Source of the DNA: Bigelowiella natans CCMP2755
Taxonomy: Eukaryota; Protista; Cercozoa
Assembly: GCA_000320545.1 (NCBI GenBank)
Contig: ADNK01000770.1
Location: 45,030 to 109,029, forward strand
Reading direction: 5' to 3'
DNA length: 64,000 nt
This document shows, in pieces, positions 23,573 to 38,227 of this stretch. The stretch's first letter is position 1. Each line of letters begins with the position of its first letter. A model generated the notes under the pieces. The model was not told the origin of the DNA. It worked only from the letters and a program-made list of their open reading frames with translations, and made no database searches. The translations under genes and the position numbers were made by a program.

Positions 23573-25034
23573 TCACAATAATAAATAATCTGCAGCAGAC
23601 GGAAGATCTTCACATATCCAAACCGGACATATTTCTGATGGAACCTCGAACTCTTCCTCGCTTCCTGCAGCAACTAGAACCGGTAACTATTCGTTGCAGA
23701 GGGAGCGATTGTCAATGTCATTTATGGAAAATAAGGGCGGGGGTCGCAAAGCAAAGGAGGCGGGATAGATGTACAAGAGGTGATAGTTTACACCTGGATG
23801 CCTTTCTGCTTCAACTTTTCTCCACGACCCCGTCCTGAGAACCCAGTACATTCTATCGGACGATGCGACTGATCTTCTCATCGAAGTTGAAGTCAGTTGC
23901 TTTTACATGGATAAATTGAGCACATGAGATGTTAGAAAAGTTACCATGCCCAGTGCACAGAAGAATTTTCGCCGTGATGTCAGCCCTGTGGTGCAAAGTA
24001 TATACTTAAAATTCGAGCTGTCGCATATGGCAATCCAATGTTTTACCGCGTCGCTGCGAGCATGTCATTTATGGTGTCGCCAACCATCACTGTATTCTCA
24101 GGGGCAATTTGGTGCAATTGCATTGCTTCTATTAACATTCCTGGGCCAGGTTTCCGTCTATGAGAAGCCTAAGTTATCAACATCTGTAAAGATACTCCAA
24201 GCCTTTGAAATCCGTCGTTGCCCCATCGAATATATAGCTGAGACAACTTTAGAAGTCATTCAAACACGGTTGACCTCGCTTGGCGTATCCGGTGCTACAT
24301 GAATGCTATTGATTTTTCCACCTTCCCTCTCAATGGCCTCTTGCATCTTTGCATGGATCGTCTCCAGTGTGTCTGATCTCGGCGTATCATGTACTATATG
24401 TGAGTATTGGATAGGTTCGATCCACCAGCTGATAATAAATTGTGAAAGGGTTACCTTCCGTGATCATTCCGCGACCTAAACAACTCTGATTTGTAACCAC
24501 GGCTATTTTTTTCTTCTGGCGATGTAGCTGTGCGATTGTCCGAGGGACATCTGGGACGAACTCAAACTCCTCAGCAGATAAAACCCTTAATCAATACACA
24601 ATAAAATTTTCGCAAAAAGTTTTATGAGCTTCTCACATCTTTAGCAAGTTTTTGCTGCGCTTTTCTCATCTAACGATTTTCCTGACGCTATCTTCCTCTT
24701 CTCACCAGGTACCACGATCCACATTTATGACGCCATCTCTGTCTAGCAGGACGAGCCTTGTTCCAGAGAGTGTCTTCAAAGGCACAGAGAAACTCCTTGT
24801 CTTTTTTGGATTCATCATTGGAGGCTTTGATACCAGTCCAAATGCCTCACCGTTATTGCTATGGTATGCTGTCTGCAAACGGACATGAGGAAAAACTCTC
24901 AAATTCGGCATTTGCGGTGAGAAGATGAGGTGTGAGACCCATGTTGTAAGAGAGGCGCACGCTAGCACTGCAGATAAGGTCCCAAATTTCCTTGAGCAAG
25001 ACGTTCTTCGACTCAGAGTTCGAATCTTATGCAT
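23573..25034 (-). CDS. GmhB/histidinol-phosphatase family HAD-IIIA phosphatase with bipartite plastid-type leader, spliced
   Basis: LLDRDGVIN, VVTNQS, IHAKMQ, RRKPGPGML, MVGDTIND, LLCTGHG and EDLPSAADYLL in consecutive GT-AG exons. Confidence 0.88.
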
Positions 25035-25099
25035 CCCTATTGAATGTTTCGTAGATGTCGCTAGTTCAGCATAACAAGCTGCGTTTTGCCATATGTTTC

Positions 25100-25152
<53 letters not shown>

Positions 25153-25574
25153 TTCTCTCTCTCCTCTTCCCCCCCCCCCACCCCTCCCCCTCACCCTCTC
25201 CACCCTGGCTACAAACGACTGATGATCGACCGACCGACTGACCGAAGCCGACGTATCCCCTACCGAGCCAGTGTCGGAATCGACACGACTTCTCGTAGCC
25301 AACAGTCGAGAATTTGTTTCCAGAAGATATCATTCTGCGACAATGTTTATATCTTTGTCGCAGGACAACAATCGTCTAACTTTATGAAGTCCTAACGACA
25401 ACGTTGTCGCACTAAAAGATTTCCCTATATTTTATGCATCCTACGTGAATATTTGAGCGCGTGCACTTCGACAGAGGACAGAGGAACATCGTGTGAGGGG
25501 GAGAGCAAGCAGGCAACAGTGATGAGGAGGAGGAGGAGGGTGAATGCTCTATGGACTGATGAAGTTTCACAATA

Positions 25575-26330
25575 ATGAAAATATACATCGTTGTCACGAC
25601 GATAATCATCAGTTTTTGCCTCATTTCCGACCTGCAGCAAAAGGTATTCTTATCGAGGAAACCTGACCACACGCGAGCAATTTTCATGTTGCTCTGACCT
25701 TCACCTAACACTCAGTATGCTTACTTTATCTAACGTAGGAAGAACATGGACACCAATCCAGCAAATTTAAATTTTTGTTGGGAGGAGGTAGACCTATTTG
25801 CTCTATGGATGTGCATTCTCTTATGTTCACCAACGAAATATCAGGAAAACAAACAAAAGGCGGTAAAAGAAAGAAGAAATCGTCAACTGGAGTTAATTTA
25901 CGTCCTAAAGGAAAAGAACACATAAGGTTCAAAGCCAAAAAGTTCAAATACTCTCGAACATCTGGAGATCTTGGGGCAAGAAAATCCAAACACGAAGAAT
26001 TTCCGTCCAAAATAGAGTCTTTCAAACACGGAACCAAAGCACAGGCAAGTACAGAGAGTGCCTCAAATTTTTCCATGGGCCTTCTAGACTTTGATGGATT
26101 CGAAAGTGACTGTGATGATGTAGAGCTTCGAAGAATACCCGGAGCTACGTCTTCAGGTCCAACCATCAGGAAATATTCTTCTTGCAACATGTGATGTAAC
26201 TTACATTTCTGTAGATACAAGAAATTGGCGCAATCCACATGATCAGCTGGATATGCTTCGCTGTGCAGCCCCAGTGATCGATTTTTTGAGAAAAGCTGGG
26301 TACAAAAAAGCAGGCGCTAAGGTACTGATT
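25575..26330 (+). CDS. Hypothetical spliced protein (signal-like N-terminus, Lys-rich); 3' end uncertain, may extend to ~27000
   Basis: MKIYIVVTTIIISFCLI exon; intron 25644-25738 joins in frame to ORF 25775-26194; further plausible exon ~26215-26321. Confidence 0.5.
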
Positions 26331-27514
26331 TGTAGTTAATATTATCTTTGTCTCGATCGCTTTCAATTTGTATAAAATATTTACTATTGATGCATGTATA
26401 CATGCATACATATGTATACTCATTCGCAACAATTCTAGACCGAGGCTAGATTTATTGGCGAAGTAAGAGGGTGTACAAATGTAAGTGGATACTGGGACGC
26501 AGCAGGACTCCGAGAAACACTGCCACAAGGAACGCGCGTTACAATGTTAGAGGTGATGCGAGCCGTTCAAAATAAGACTAGCTTAAGCTTTCAACAAGCT
26601 TATGAGTCGGTCGTTGGAAAGGTAATGTAATTTGATGTGCAGCCGTCGTCAAGAATGTAAAACGAAGAAATCAGCATGTGTTTCTCTCAGCATCTTGTGG
26701 CGGCTAAGGCTATCGAGAGAGATTACCTCCTGAGTATGTTCCAGCATGAATACTCCTGGTTCAAAACTCGCGCATTCATATAACTAAATAAAGTATACAT
26801 TTCTACAACTGCAATCGACGATACGTCTTTATTCTTTGTCCAATATATACGAAGGCCACGCTGCTAGATTACTTTATCTTCCCGATTGATTTTGACAATA
26901 CTAATCTCATAGACACGGAATCCGATACCTTGTAGTCTATTAGTTTGGCTAGTTATATGAGTGCTTGTTGTGCGTTTTTTTGTCACGAACCATTGCAGCT
27001 CGCCTTGGTAACATGTTCTGTTGCCGCTGTTGCTATTCTAACTTGTACAATATTGCTCGTGTTTGCTTGCGATGTATACGCCTCGGCATGCATTTGAAAC
27101 GCCATGCCAGTTCAATACGTCTTTGCATCATCGCTTTTAATTGGCGCTCTCACCTTCATCTGTGAGCCATGAAAAATGAGAGATATGAACTAGGTAAGTA
27201 CATAATAGAGATATCATCTTTGTACATTCATCCAGTTTGAACATGCCTGGCATTGAAATGGTGTGCGCATCACAGCAGCCGGAATAATGAACTAGCATCA
27301 CATACGCAGCGTGGAATGCTTAAAGAATTAATTAAATTTATTATGCCGTGTTTTTGATGCACCGCAGCATGTAAGACTTACAAACTATTGGGCCGTTAAA
27401 GGATTTCCACGTTCTACGAAAGCAATTTTCGTTCAAATAATAAGTAGATACATAGGTGTACAATGTAGGTTACACATATATAGATCGTACACCAGTATAT
27501 CAGGGCGTCGCACA

Positions 27515-28918
27515 TTATATATCTTCAAAATAATCTTTGAAATAGTCAAATGGTGCAAAACTGTCACAATTATATGAATAGCTGGGTGGACTTTCTGTTG
27601 TAGATCCAGTGTAATGTGATTGATCCTCATGTATGATGAAATCCGATGGTTCCTTTGATAAAGGGGATAGGAGCGTTAGCAACTCTACTGGTTTATCGTC
27701 GGTGGACTCTGCGACTGAACCAACGATGTCCTCCAGATCAAAGTTAGATGTGACAACTTTGCGCTTCTTTGAGATTTTCGAGAGAGAATAATTTCGACAA
27801 AACTCTTTCATTAGAAGTTGTCTGCTTTCCTCGATTTTACTTTGCTCGACCTTGAAGATGTCAATGATAGCTTGTTCGTTGTCGGAAGATGACCTTCCTC
27901 TCTTTCGAAAATTGTCCTGTGCGTTTATCTTCGTATTCACACCTCCGTCTTCATCGTTTTTACCATCTTCATTGTCACAGAACATGGACATTGAAGTTTT
28001 GGCGTCTTCTTCCCCAGTTTCAGTTGCATTAGTTGTTGATGATGTTGCTGTTATTAGTTTTTCCTCACCGACTGCTTTATCTCGTTGCCATACTCTAACA
28101 GCTGGTGCAGTTTCCTTCGTCTTCAACTTCCAGCCCTCATTCGATAAGGTCCAGCTCTTAATCTCGTTCATAGCCTTTTCGCCGGGAATAAACAACCTAT
28201 TTTTGGGGTTGTAGGTTTGATGTATATTTGCGAGTCATCATAAGCAAACGCAGCTGGCGTTTATGAGAGGGTCGTTTCCGCGGCCCAAAGAATTCATGAA
28301 GCAAAAGATAGCAACAACAATAACAACAAATTAGCATTACCACTCCTCCTCCTCTTCTTCCTGTGATTCTTCTTCCATGACTCCCCCATTATCCTCTTCT
28401 CTAACCTTCTCTTCCTCATCGTCATCGTCATCTCCTGTGAATCTCTCAACTTCACCATCAGCGACTGTTCCACCATTATAGTTAGACTCTGACAGTATCT
28501 CATCTACTTTGGTACAGTAGATTCTCCGGGTTCGATTCTTTAACCAAGGTAACATTTTATAGATGTCCTTATTATTTATTTTTTGCCCACAATAATCACG
28601 GATTTTTTCTGTCGCTCCGCAACTCCGGCCAATATGCTTGGTCATGCCATAGACACTATATCCAGGTCTCTTACCATCGCGCCCAATTTCGATTTCTTGG
28701 CCACAGTAAAAACAAAGCATTGAGCAATGTAACTTCGGTCGTGCCTTAACATCGTAATCCCTACGTGCATGCTCCTCAAGACAGCAACGTTCACCGTTCT
28801 GTAAGCGTTTACCACAGCACTGACAAATTTTCAACTGCCATGGCAAAAGATTCATTCTTTCTTCTACTTGTTCAAGTTGATCCTTGTTAAGTCTAGGGGG
28901 AGGCGGAGGCGTAGGCAT
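27515..28918 (-). CDS. Hypothetical Cys/His-rich (zinc-finger-like) protein with acidic tract and basic NLS-like motifs, ~419 aa
   Basis: ORFs 28337-28918 and 27515-28195 join in frame via GT-AG intron 28197-28340; CQCC..EEH..H and CFYC..KH...C motifs; RKRGR and KKRK. Confidence 0.7.
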
Positions 28919-29374
28919 TGGGTCGGGCGCAATGAATTTTACGTGTAGGCGGAGAGTCGACCGAAGAAGATGTTAGAACCCACGAAGAACCCCCTGCATT
29001 TTAGAGGATTAATTCGACTTCAGCTGGAAAAAAGGGGGAAATACGAAAATGTTGTCTTGTCGATGCTGATGACAGATCCGATTTCCAGCCGGACTCCCAA
29101 CGCACTTCCACTCCACCGGCCAGAATCATTGGGATTCTCGAGGATTCACATGATTGCGACAAGTGAAAATCTAGCTTTAATGTAGGCATGCGAAAAGGAA
29201 AAAGGAGCATCTCGGACTCTACTCTCTCTTTGCATCCGAGTCAACATAACCTAATGTTGACGAACCAGGAGTCCCGGTGCTGCCGTAAGTATCGTCTCAA
29301 TCCCGAGACCAAACGTAGAGAATTGGCCGGCAAGTTGTTGGCAGGAGGAACCTCCCCAATTCCGACCTTACGAC

Positions 29375-31491
29375 ATGTGGGAATCGATGTCTTTGTGGTG
29401 GAAATTCTCGGTGTTCCATATTTTCCTCATTTTCAGCATCGTCGTTCGGTCTTACTACAAATCAATGAAGGCCCCCGATGCATACCCCTCTCGTCGAGGG
29501 CTAGCTCACACGCTTCAAGATCAAGGCTCTTTGCTTCTTCCCATGCGTACCCCTTACGAATACAATGGTAGATACGGGCTATGGCAGTGGGCTACAAAGG
29601 TCAGCCGGTTCGTAAGTAATCCCTAGCAGCATAAGATGGGTTGTGTGCTCAGGCCTTCATACTAGTGTCGATGTTAACTTTATTATCGGGGTCGATGATG
29701 ATCTTCACTCGCCAGCTTCCGTTGGAACAAAAAATCATCTCAACAAAAGTTTCTAGTTCTCCAAGAAGGGTAAGCGGCCGGTGGGCTAGATCAATTCATT
29801 CCCTTACAATCAACATCACAATGTGTTCAGATCAGTTTCTCGAGGCTCCACATCTCTCCTCATATCTTTGGATCAAAATTAAAGGTGATTCCACGACGGA
29901 GTATAGTAGATATTTCGATTGTTAAGAGAAATATTGATGGCCCCACTTTGCGTTCCCTAGGAATCGAAATTCCGATTATCCAGAAGAAAGACGCCATTCT
30001 TTGCTTCTGTTGTTGAGAATGTCGAGGCTTCAGATTCTTTGGCAACGAATCATGTGACGATTCCTTTTAACATATACCAATCTATGAATTATTAACCTAG
30101 TTTGTGTTCGTAGCCAAGGAGGGAGTTGCCAAATGGTGTGGAAATCGAGACTGGGTTGTTGCCTACCACCATCACCTACTTCCATCATTTACTATGAGTA
30201 TGAGTACGACAACAATTGTGTGCTGCTACTAATTTTTCTTAGTGCTGGCGCTAGTGAGTGCAAGATTGACGTCAATGTGACGGTGGGTCATCTTTCCTTC
30301 CTAATTGCTCCTCCTAACCTCAGACGTTGTTGTTTTTAATGATTACGTGCTGTCCTCCTTTTCCTATCGCTCTTGCGCTTAGATACCAGCCAAGATGGTG
30401 AAAGCAACGTTGAACAAGGTCGTATCTACACTCTCCCAAAACGTTTCTATCCCAGGCTTCCGCAAAACGAAGAAAAAAACAGCCATTCCCCAGGTTGTTA
30501 GTTATGCAGATTGACGCTGTTGATGGCATTTTAGCTTCGTCGTTCTCAGAAGTACCTCCTACTGCCCTTTTTTTGATTCAGGACATTATTATTGGAGCTA
30601 TCGGCACGCATGTGGTCAGTACATTTTTGAATCTGACAATGTTCCTTAAGCACAATGATCGTCGTCACCGCTTTCCTTTCTATCTTCCACCAGCAACGAG
30701 GAATCAATGACAGTAGTACATCTGGTGGCCATCCTTTACTATTATATTAACTAGGTAAACTCGAAGGCCACCGAAACCTTAATCGAGAATACGATATGGG
30801 ACGCTCTCGCAGAAGTAAGCCGAAAATTAGACCACGTGGCGATGGGAGACCGTCATTCGTAATTTCGCGCTGCTGCCATAAAATAATGTTCCAGGTGAAG
30901 GATGAAGCTTTGCCGAAGAGTGAGAGGATCAGCCTTGTGGACAGGGTATGCTTGCTCACTTCGAACCACCTCATCTACACCATGAATAGTAGTTGTAGCA
31001 GAAATTTTAGTTGACGACACATATTCTAACTTTGGATATAATTGTCAAACTATTGCGTTTGCCAGAGGCACTCGGTCATGCAGCACGTGCAGGAGAAGAA
31101 GAATTTCAGGTGGTGGCTACAAGCAGCAGCATTTATGTTTTCGTACGTGTAGAAAGTGGGAAACACCCATTCATCAATCTGACACCAGCCTGACAAGAAC
31201 CACACCGCTACTGAAACTTAATATAGGTACTCCGTGACCGTCGAAGTCGTTCCTCAAGTTAGATGGAAGGTATATGGATAGATTGTATTAGAACAATATG
31301 CGACGTAATATGAGATGATTCACTCTCTACAAAACCTGAATTCTCGTCGTCATTGAAAAGTTGAGGAATCGACCCCTCCTTTCCCCTCCCTAAATGCTTT
31401 CTAATCGAGTCTCTCCTAAATACGCTCCTCCTAATCTACACAGGTGCCTTATTCGGAAATGAAAGTCAAGGTCATCGCTTGCTGAATATTA

Positions 31492-31539
<48 letters not shown>

Positions 31540-32045
31540 GCTTTCGCGGTTTTCATTGGCGCTATATCCATGTTCTCATCATCACCATCATCACGAATAT
31601 CACCCCTTAGGTCGGGTCGAAGGATCCAGAGACAGAATTCAACATGAAGATTCTGAAAATGCGCAAGCGATTTGGGTATTATCAATGAGGCGAGTGCATA
31701 GAGAAGAGCTCTTTAGCAGATGGCAGGGGGAGCATGCTTGGCTGATGATTTCTACGTTGTGTTGCAAAATCAGCTCCTCACGACAAAACGCCTACATCTT
31801 TGCTTTTACTACTTGTTTTAGGGAGGAAAGGAGGTCAAAGATAGGGGATTTGAGGTGCCGCTAAATGAATGTACCCCGTTGACTTTGGAGAATAACATCC
31901 TCAACATCATCTAATCATCGCTTGGAAGCATTGGTCAATTTATCGTGCTATTTTCATTACGAAGGTGGGAGACATTGCAACGATAAGCTACAAGATTCAC
32001 ACAGTTCCTGAAGAAGAGGTGAGTGGTGTGTTCTCTGGAGGCGAT

Positions 32046-32126
<81 letters not shown>

Positions 32127-32542
32127 CACCCCTATTCTATTACTACTGCTTCTGTGTGAGAGGAGGCGATTTGCTGAACGAATCAGGATTAGATGATTTG
32201 GGGGACGCAATACGACGATGATCTATCATTCGTCTAACATTCTCATCACCGTCGTCATCTCATCGCTACTGGTGCTACTACTTACCTAATGTGGTAGGGC
32301 GAGGAGTCTACTAAGGTCTTCGCAGCTCTAGGCAAGGATATAGCAATGAAGCTATTCCGCCGTGTTGATGGAACGGAAGTGAGGTAGCTTCACCGCTTTC
32401 ATTCGATCGTTTCCTCTCTTCTTCCCTCGCCCTCTCTCCCTCTCTCCTTCTTCAGTCAGCAACATCATCATTGTTGTTGTATTTGTTGTCGTCGTCATCG
32501 TCGTCGTGGCAGCTTCATCATCGCTACTCGTCACCATGAATT

Positions 32543-32578
<36 letters not shown>

Positions 32579-32784
32579 TTTAAATACACATCATCATACC
32601 CGCCCCCCTAACTTATACCATCACCAGTGCGGTGACTTACGATCCGCAAGAGGACGGAAACCTCATGCCTGGGGTGCACGAGGCCCTTCTTGGTACAGTC
32701 TCTCTCTTTCTTCTGCTACTGTATGCTTTTGCTAGTTAGATCTTACTAGAGATCGATCTATCACATAGCCTACTACTACTACTG

Positions 32785-32817
<33 letters not shown>

Positions 32818-35445
32818 TACTACCTCTACCTCTGATTACCTACCGTGTTGCTAGCTTACCTTACCAACTACAGATTTCATGATCGTTGTCCTTACTACTG
32901 ACTTCTGATTCCATCATCGTTATTGCTATCAACATGTCGCCAGGCATGAAAGAGGGTGATGTCAAAACTACGACAATCGAGATACCGGAGGTTATCGCTG
33001 CTTGTTTCCCTATCCCTTTGTCCCCCCCCCCCCCCCCCTCTCTCTTTCATTTCCTCCTCATGATTTAAATGGGCAAGAACAACTACTTTTTCGCTGCTAA
33101 AGTATGGATGTACGTTTACATGCATCCCCCCTCCCCTCTATTCTCCCTCCTGGTCGTCATCTGATTATCGATCGATGTTAGGATTGGGAAGTGAGCTCTG
33201 CGAGGGGAGTCAAAGCTACTATAGAGCTCCAGGTCGCACACACACAAACACACACGCACGCACGCATACGCACACGCACACAACAAATCGCCCCTCAGTG
33301 CTGTCTGCGCTCTCTGAATATTTAATTTTTTAAACAATATTTGTATCTGCTTCTTCATTTAAATGTATATTGTGAGCTACATCCCTTTTCTACTGCTACC
33401 TGCTGCTACTACTACTACTACTACTACTACTACTATCACTATATCTACTACTACTGCTACCACTACTTCGACTACTAGAGCAACGAGATCCCCATAATCA
33501 ACCCTCACTCTATTCCACCATGACCACCAACCATGATCTGCTACTGACTTATTTTTGCTGCTTGCATTGTTAGATGGAGATGCTAAGACGCTTCGAGCTG
33601 AAGGAGCTCGACGACTCTCTTGCTCCGTGGCTTGCTTCAGGTCACATAGCAGACTAAATATGTCATCCGAAGACAGGGAAGAGAAGTAGTAGTTGTTGTC
33701 CAAACAATGAGCGGGGAGAGAAGGGGGGTTTGGGGGGGTTGGGTTATTGAGTTTTGTTGTGTGATGATCGATCATCGCAAGCCGTCCTCTCCCTCCCCTT
33801 CCTCAGGTGCTACAAAGCTAGACGTCGCGCTGAGCAAGGGGTAGGAAAGATATCCTTACACGTTTCCCCAAGAATAGTATGCAATGGCATCAGCTATATT
33901 ATAGTAGCATAGTAGCGGCAGTGTGTGTGTGTGTGTGTGTGTGTGCACGGCACGTACGACGAATTTGCCTGGTGCTTATGTATTGACACCGCACGAAGGT
34001 TGGAGGAAACACGCGAAGAGATCGAAAGAGAGGAAAAGGCGCAATTGTACGGTAAGGAAGAGGATATGACAGAGATGTTGATGACGATCACATAGAGGAG
34101 ATTAAGAAAGGAGGAAGAGGTGGGTAGAAGAAATAAAGCAGCTTACTTATTCATCTTCTCTCCTCCTCGTCCTCTCGTCTGGTTTCTCAGACGCAATCAC
34201 AGCAGCGGTAGCTGGGAACGTGGACAACGAACTGCCGGTGAACCATTAGATTACCAACACAACACAGAAAGTATCACATAATGCAACGAATTCGTGAGAC
34301 ATTCGTGCTTCCAACTGTTTGCAAAGATCCTCCTCAATTTGTGTGATGATGCCCATCATGATGGTAGCATCGAGGTGATGACAGCCACGATAGATGACGA
34401 CAACGTTTCCACTTCATCATCATCATCATCTTCTTCTTCTTCTTCTTCTTCTTCTTCTTCTTCTTGTTTAGGAACGCTTGCTGTATCAAACCGCTGTCCA
34501 ACTGTACATGGATTCTCTCCCAAAACAACGAGTAACTACCGCTACATACCACCTACTTACCGACGCATACTTTTGTACACACTACCAATGAGGTGGGGCT
34601 ACTACCCGGGTCGTACCATATATGCACACCAGTTATCATTCTACTACTCTTTCCCTGGACGTCGGGGGGGGGGGGGGGGGCAAGTGCTGCTGCTGATACT
34701 GTTACTTCCACGCAGGGGCTGACGCACGACATTGAGAGCGCCCCGACTTTGGTGGAGAAGTATATAAACCAGAACTACAAAAAGGTCGGTAGTAGCAGCA
34801 GTAGTAGTAGTAGTAGTAGTAGTAGTAGGTGTTCATTCTTCCACTGCTCGTGTTTACTTAGCCAACGTCGTACCATACAGCCAGTTTTTGTAACCTATTT
34901 ATCTATTTTCGTCGAGCTTGATGAAATGGGTGCTGATCGATCATCACGGTGCCTGCACACTGTGGCCTCTACTACTACTACTACTACTAATACTACTACT
35001 AGGGCAGAGCAGTAGTGATTATGTCGTGAGATAGATAGATTATGACCAGTCGAGGGAAAGGCCAACGCACATTATTCTGAGTTGTTATTCTTTTCCCTCT
35101 CGAATGTGCGACATCGTCAGATCGAAAGTGCTGCGAGAGCCAGATTAGGTGTTGTAGTCGTAGTAGTAGTGTACTAGGCAGTAGTTGTTGTTATAGCTGC
35201 TGCTGCTCTTGCTGTTGTTGCAGAGGGCGGCATGATAGAACTAGTGACGCGAACACCGATGACTTATTCTCTAGATTCTAACGCTCAGAAGATAAATTAT
35301 AAATTAGCATAATCATCATCAACAACATCAACAGCAACTACAGGAAGAATAAGCAAAAGCTGTAGATTCCATTCTCTGACTGGACACTCGATCAATCATA
35401 AACACTATTCTGTTATTCGGATAAACCAGACACCTACACACACAC

Positions 35446-35489
<44 letters not shown>

Positions 35490-36507
35490 GGACTAAGGGC
35501 AATAGCAGACGCTGAGAAACTAACTCCGGATGAGTCCGAGGTAGTAGTAGTATTAGTAGTAGTAGTAGTAAATACCATAATGACGACTCACAGCAAGAAC
35601 ACGAAGGAAGAAGTTTACGTGCGGAAGAGAATGATATAAGAACGACCATTCCACTCTTCATAGTTACCATCGCTATCTTCATCATCATCATCATCACCAT
35701 CATCATCATCATGCAGGTTCGGTCGATAGCTGAAAAGTCCATCTCGATGCGTCCAAAGGTCGTCATCGTCGTCATCATCATCATTATCACCACCACCATC
35801 ATATGACACGTGCAAGCAGCACAGTCAGACATTACATGCGCTGCTGCAACTTGAAACCCAGGAGACCACGGAAAGAGCAAGGATGCTGCTGCTTCTTGAC
35901 TTCTGTGTTTGCCTTTAGATGGATGGTATTTGCTCAAAACTTATTTTCCTTCCTCCTCCTCCTCCTCCTCCTCTTCTCCTTCTATCTTTCTTGCTGCAGG
36001 ATAATGAAATGGGGGATGAAGAAAAGATAGAAGAAACTAAAGAATGGAGGGTAGTATGATGATGGTCTCTCTTTCTCTCTTTCTCTCTGAACAACTTCCT
36101 CTAATTATGCTGCTTCCCTCACCATTTGTCTTTACCAACCTGATGGTTCATACTACGTTGTTCTCCCTGATTGGCTGAACAAATCATAATCTCCCTTCTC
36201 GTGATGCACATGTGATATATGTTTTTGTTAGAAATAAATTATTCATGTGTTATCCCCTTTCCCATCCCCCCCCTTTCTCTCTCTGGCCTCACTAGTCTGC
36301 AAAACACACGTTGGAAATGGATGCAGCAGTTGACTGGGTAAGTAATACCTGTCCAAATGCTGAGATTGATGTTAGTACAGGCGTGTGCATGATGAACTCC
36401 TCCTCAAGCAGCGGCAGCATCACAAGAGATGTAAATGCGTGTGTTCTGTGTTTCTACACCCTTAGGTCAAAAGTAACGTGGAGTTGGTAAGATCCGTGGA
36501 CGAGTAG
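29375..36507 (+). CDS. tig: Plastid trigger factor, split into more than 20 small exons
   Basis: Signal-like N-terminus; IPGFRK ribosome-binding motif at 30449-30466; YSVTVEVVPQVRW; DRGFEVGD; LMPGVHEALLGMKEGD (FKBP domain); ELDDSLA; final exon VKSNVELVRSVDE* at 36466-36507; some internal exons unresolved. Confidence 0.85.
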
Positions 36508-36712
36508 CTGCTTCCTTTGAGTAAGAGCATAGATAAAGCATCGATGATGACGGCCTTGTGGACTGTAGCATACACGTTGGCCGCAGCAGCGGACAAAAGA
36601 ACACCTGAAGAGGATAGAATACATAGGTTGCGACACTAGCGGTAACATAGCACGAAAAAGCAGATTGGGTTACTGATGATCGATAGGCGCCAACAGTTCT
36701 TATCATTACGTA

Positions 36713-36748
<36 letters not shown>

Positions 36749-37455
36749 GAGTAGTTTTATCGTCGCATCTAGTAATTGCCTAAAATTGTTGTAATATAAC
36801 CAATTCGAACACACTACAAATTACGCACGTTGTTCTTATGCATGATAGACTATACTTAGTGGCTCGCATGCGCTTAATATAATCTATTGCTGTGCGTAAG
36901 CGCCTACATACTACTGCAATATTTACAGCATTACCCCGTCGAGGCTAACTCTGCTTACAAACAAGCATATGCTCTTATTGACTATGACATGACATCTACA
37001 CATGTATCATGTTAAGCAGCACTTCTAGATGCGACAGCATGCAGTACGCACTCATCTATCGGCGTTACATGTGGGTTCCATCTTAATTATACCGAAATAC
37101 ACCTCGATATGAATTACATGCGTCGCACCACATGCAGCTGCCGCCGTGCTTACAATGCAAACACGAAGTAAACTAATTATCTTATTATATTGCCAGTGAC
37201 ATAAAAACTAAAACACACCTATCGCTGCATTCTAGCATTGCACAGCTACACATAAGGATGACCATTGAACAAATTTAATTGATGAATTACATCCGTCTTA
37301 CATCTCGCTTCTACATCAAGATTAGATCGACGACTTCTCTCTAGGTACCATCCTCGATGTAGATTGCCTTACCACCTGCTACTAGCATGATCATCCTGAG
37401 GCAGCTGCACATGCACCATCATCATCCCTGCTATGTGACATATCATAGCTGCAAC

Positions 37456-38195
37456 TTAGTAGTTTCCACGCCATGCACACCATCTCAGCCGCAGCCTCAA
37501 CTTTAGGGGTCCGAATCCTGAATTGTTGTCGTTGTTGTTGTTGTTTTTGTTGTTGAATGTTGTTAGCAGAGCTCTCTCTCTCGCAAGTAAGTCACACTAT
37601 GCATACAGCCAATAGGTACGCGGAGATTGCTACCTGTGAGCTGCATAACGTCGGGACTGCACAACTGCCACGATATTCAAGAATACAAAAAATGACTTTC
37701 CAATCACCATCGCAGCTGAACTTCTTAGCGTGATGCGATGTTCCGTGCATTTATTCAACACTACCTCGTAGTCGTTGGCCTGTAGGCGCTCGATGTAGTG
37801 CAAAGCGGGCAAAACAGAGAGGAGCATGAGCGACGTCTTTCGAAACACACACACACACACGTACATAGTTAGAGGATACGCAATAAATACACACTCTCTC
37901 TCACACACACACACACACACATACATGAGCCGCAGCGTCTTTATTATCATATGTTTTGTTTGATTTAGCTGGCGGAGTATCGCCACTCTCCATCATGATC
38001 ATCAGCATCAGCAGCACGTAGAACCGCACGTGGAGTATTTACATCTCTCGTGACGTTTGAATGAAGTTCTCGTGCTTGATCCTGAGGGGGGGGGGGGGGG
38101 GGGGGAGGGAGGGGAGAGAGATTATGGGAAGGAGTCGTCGTGTGCCTGATTACAAATACCACTATAGGGCAGCGGCAGTGAAGATGATGCTTGTT

Positions 38196-38227
<32 letters not shown>

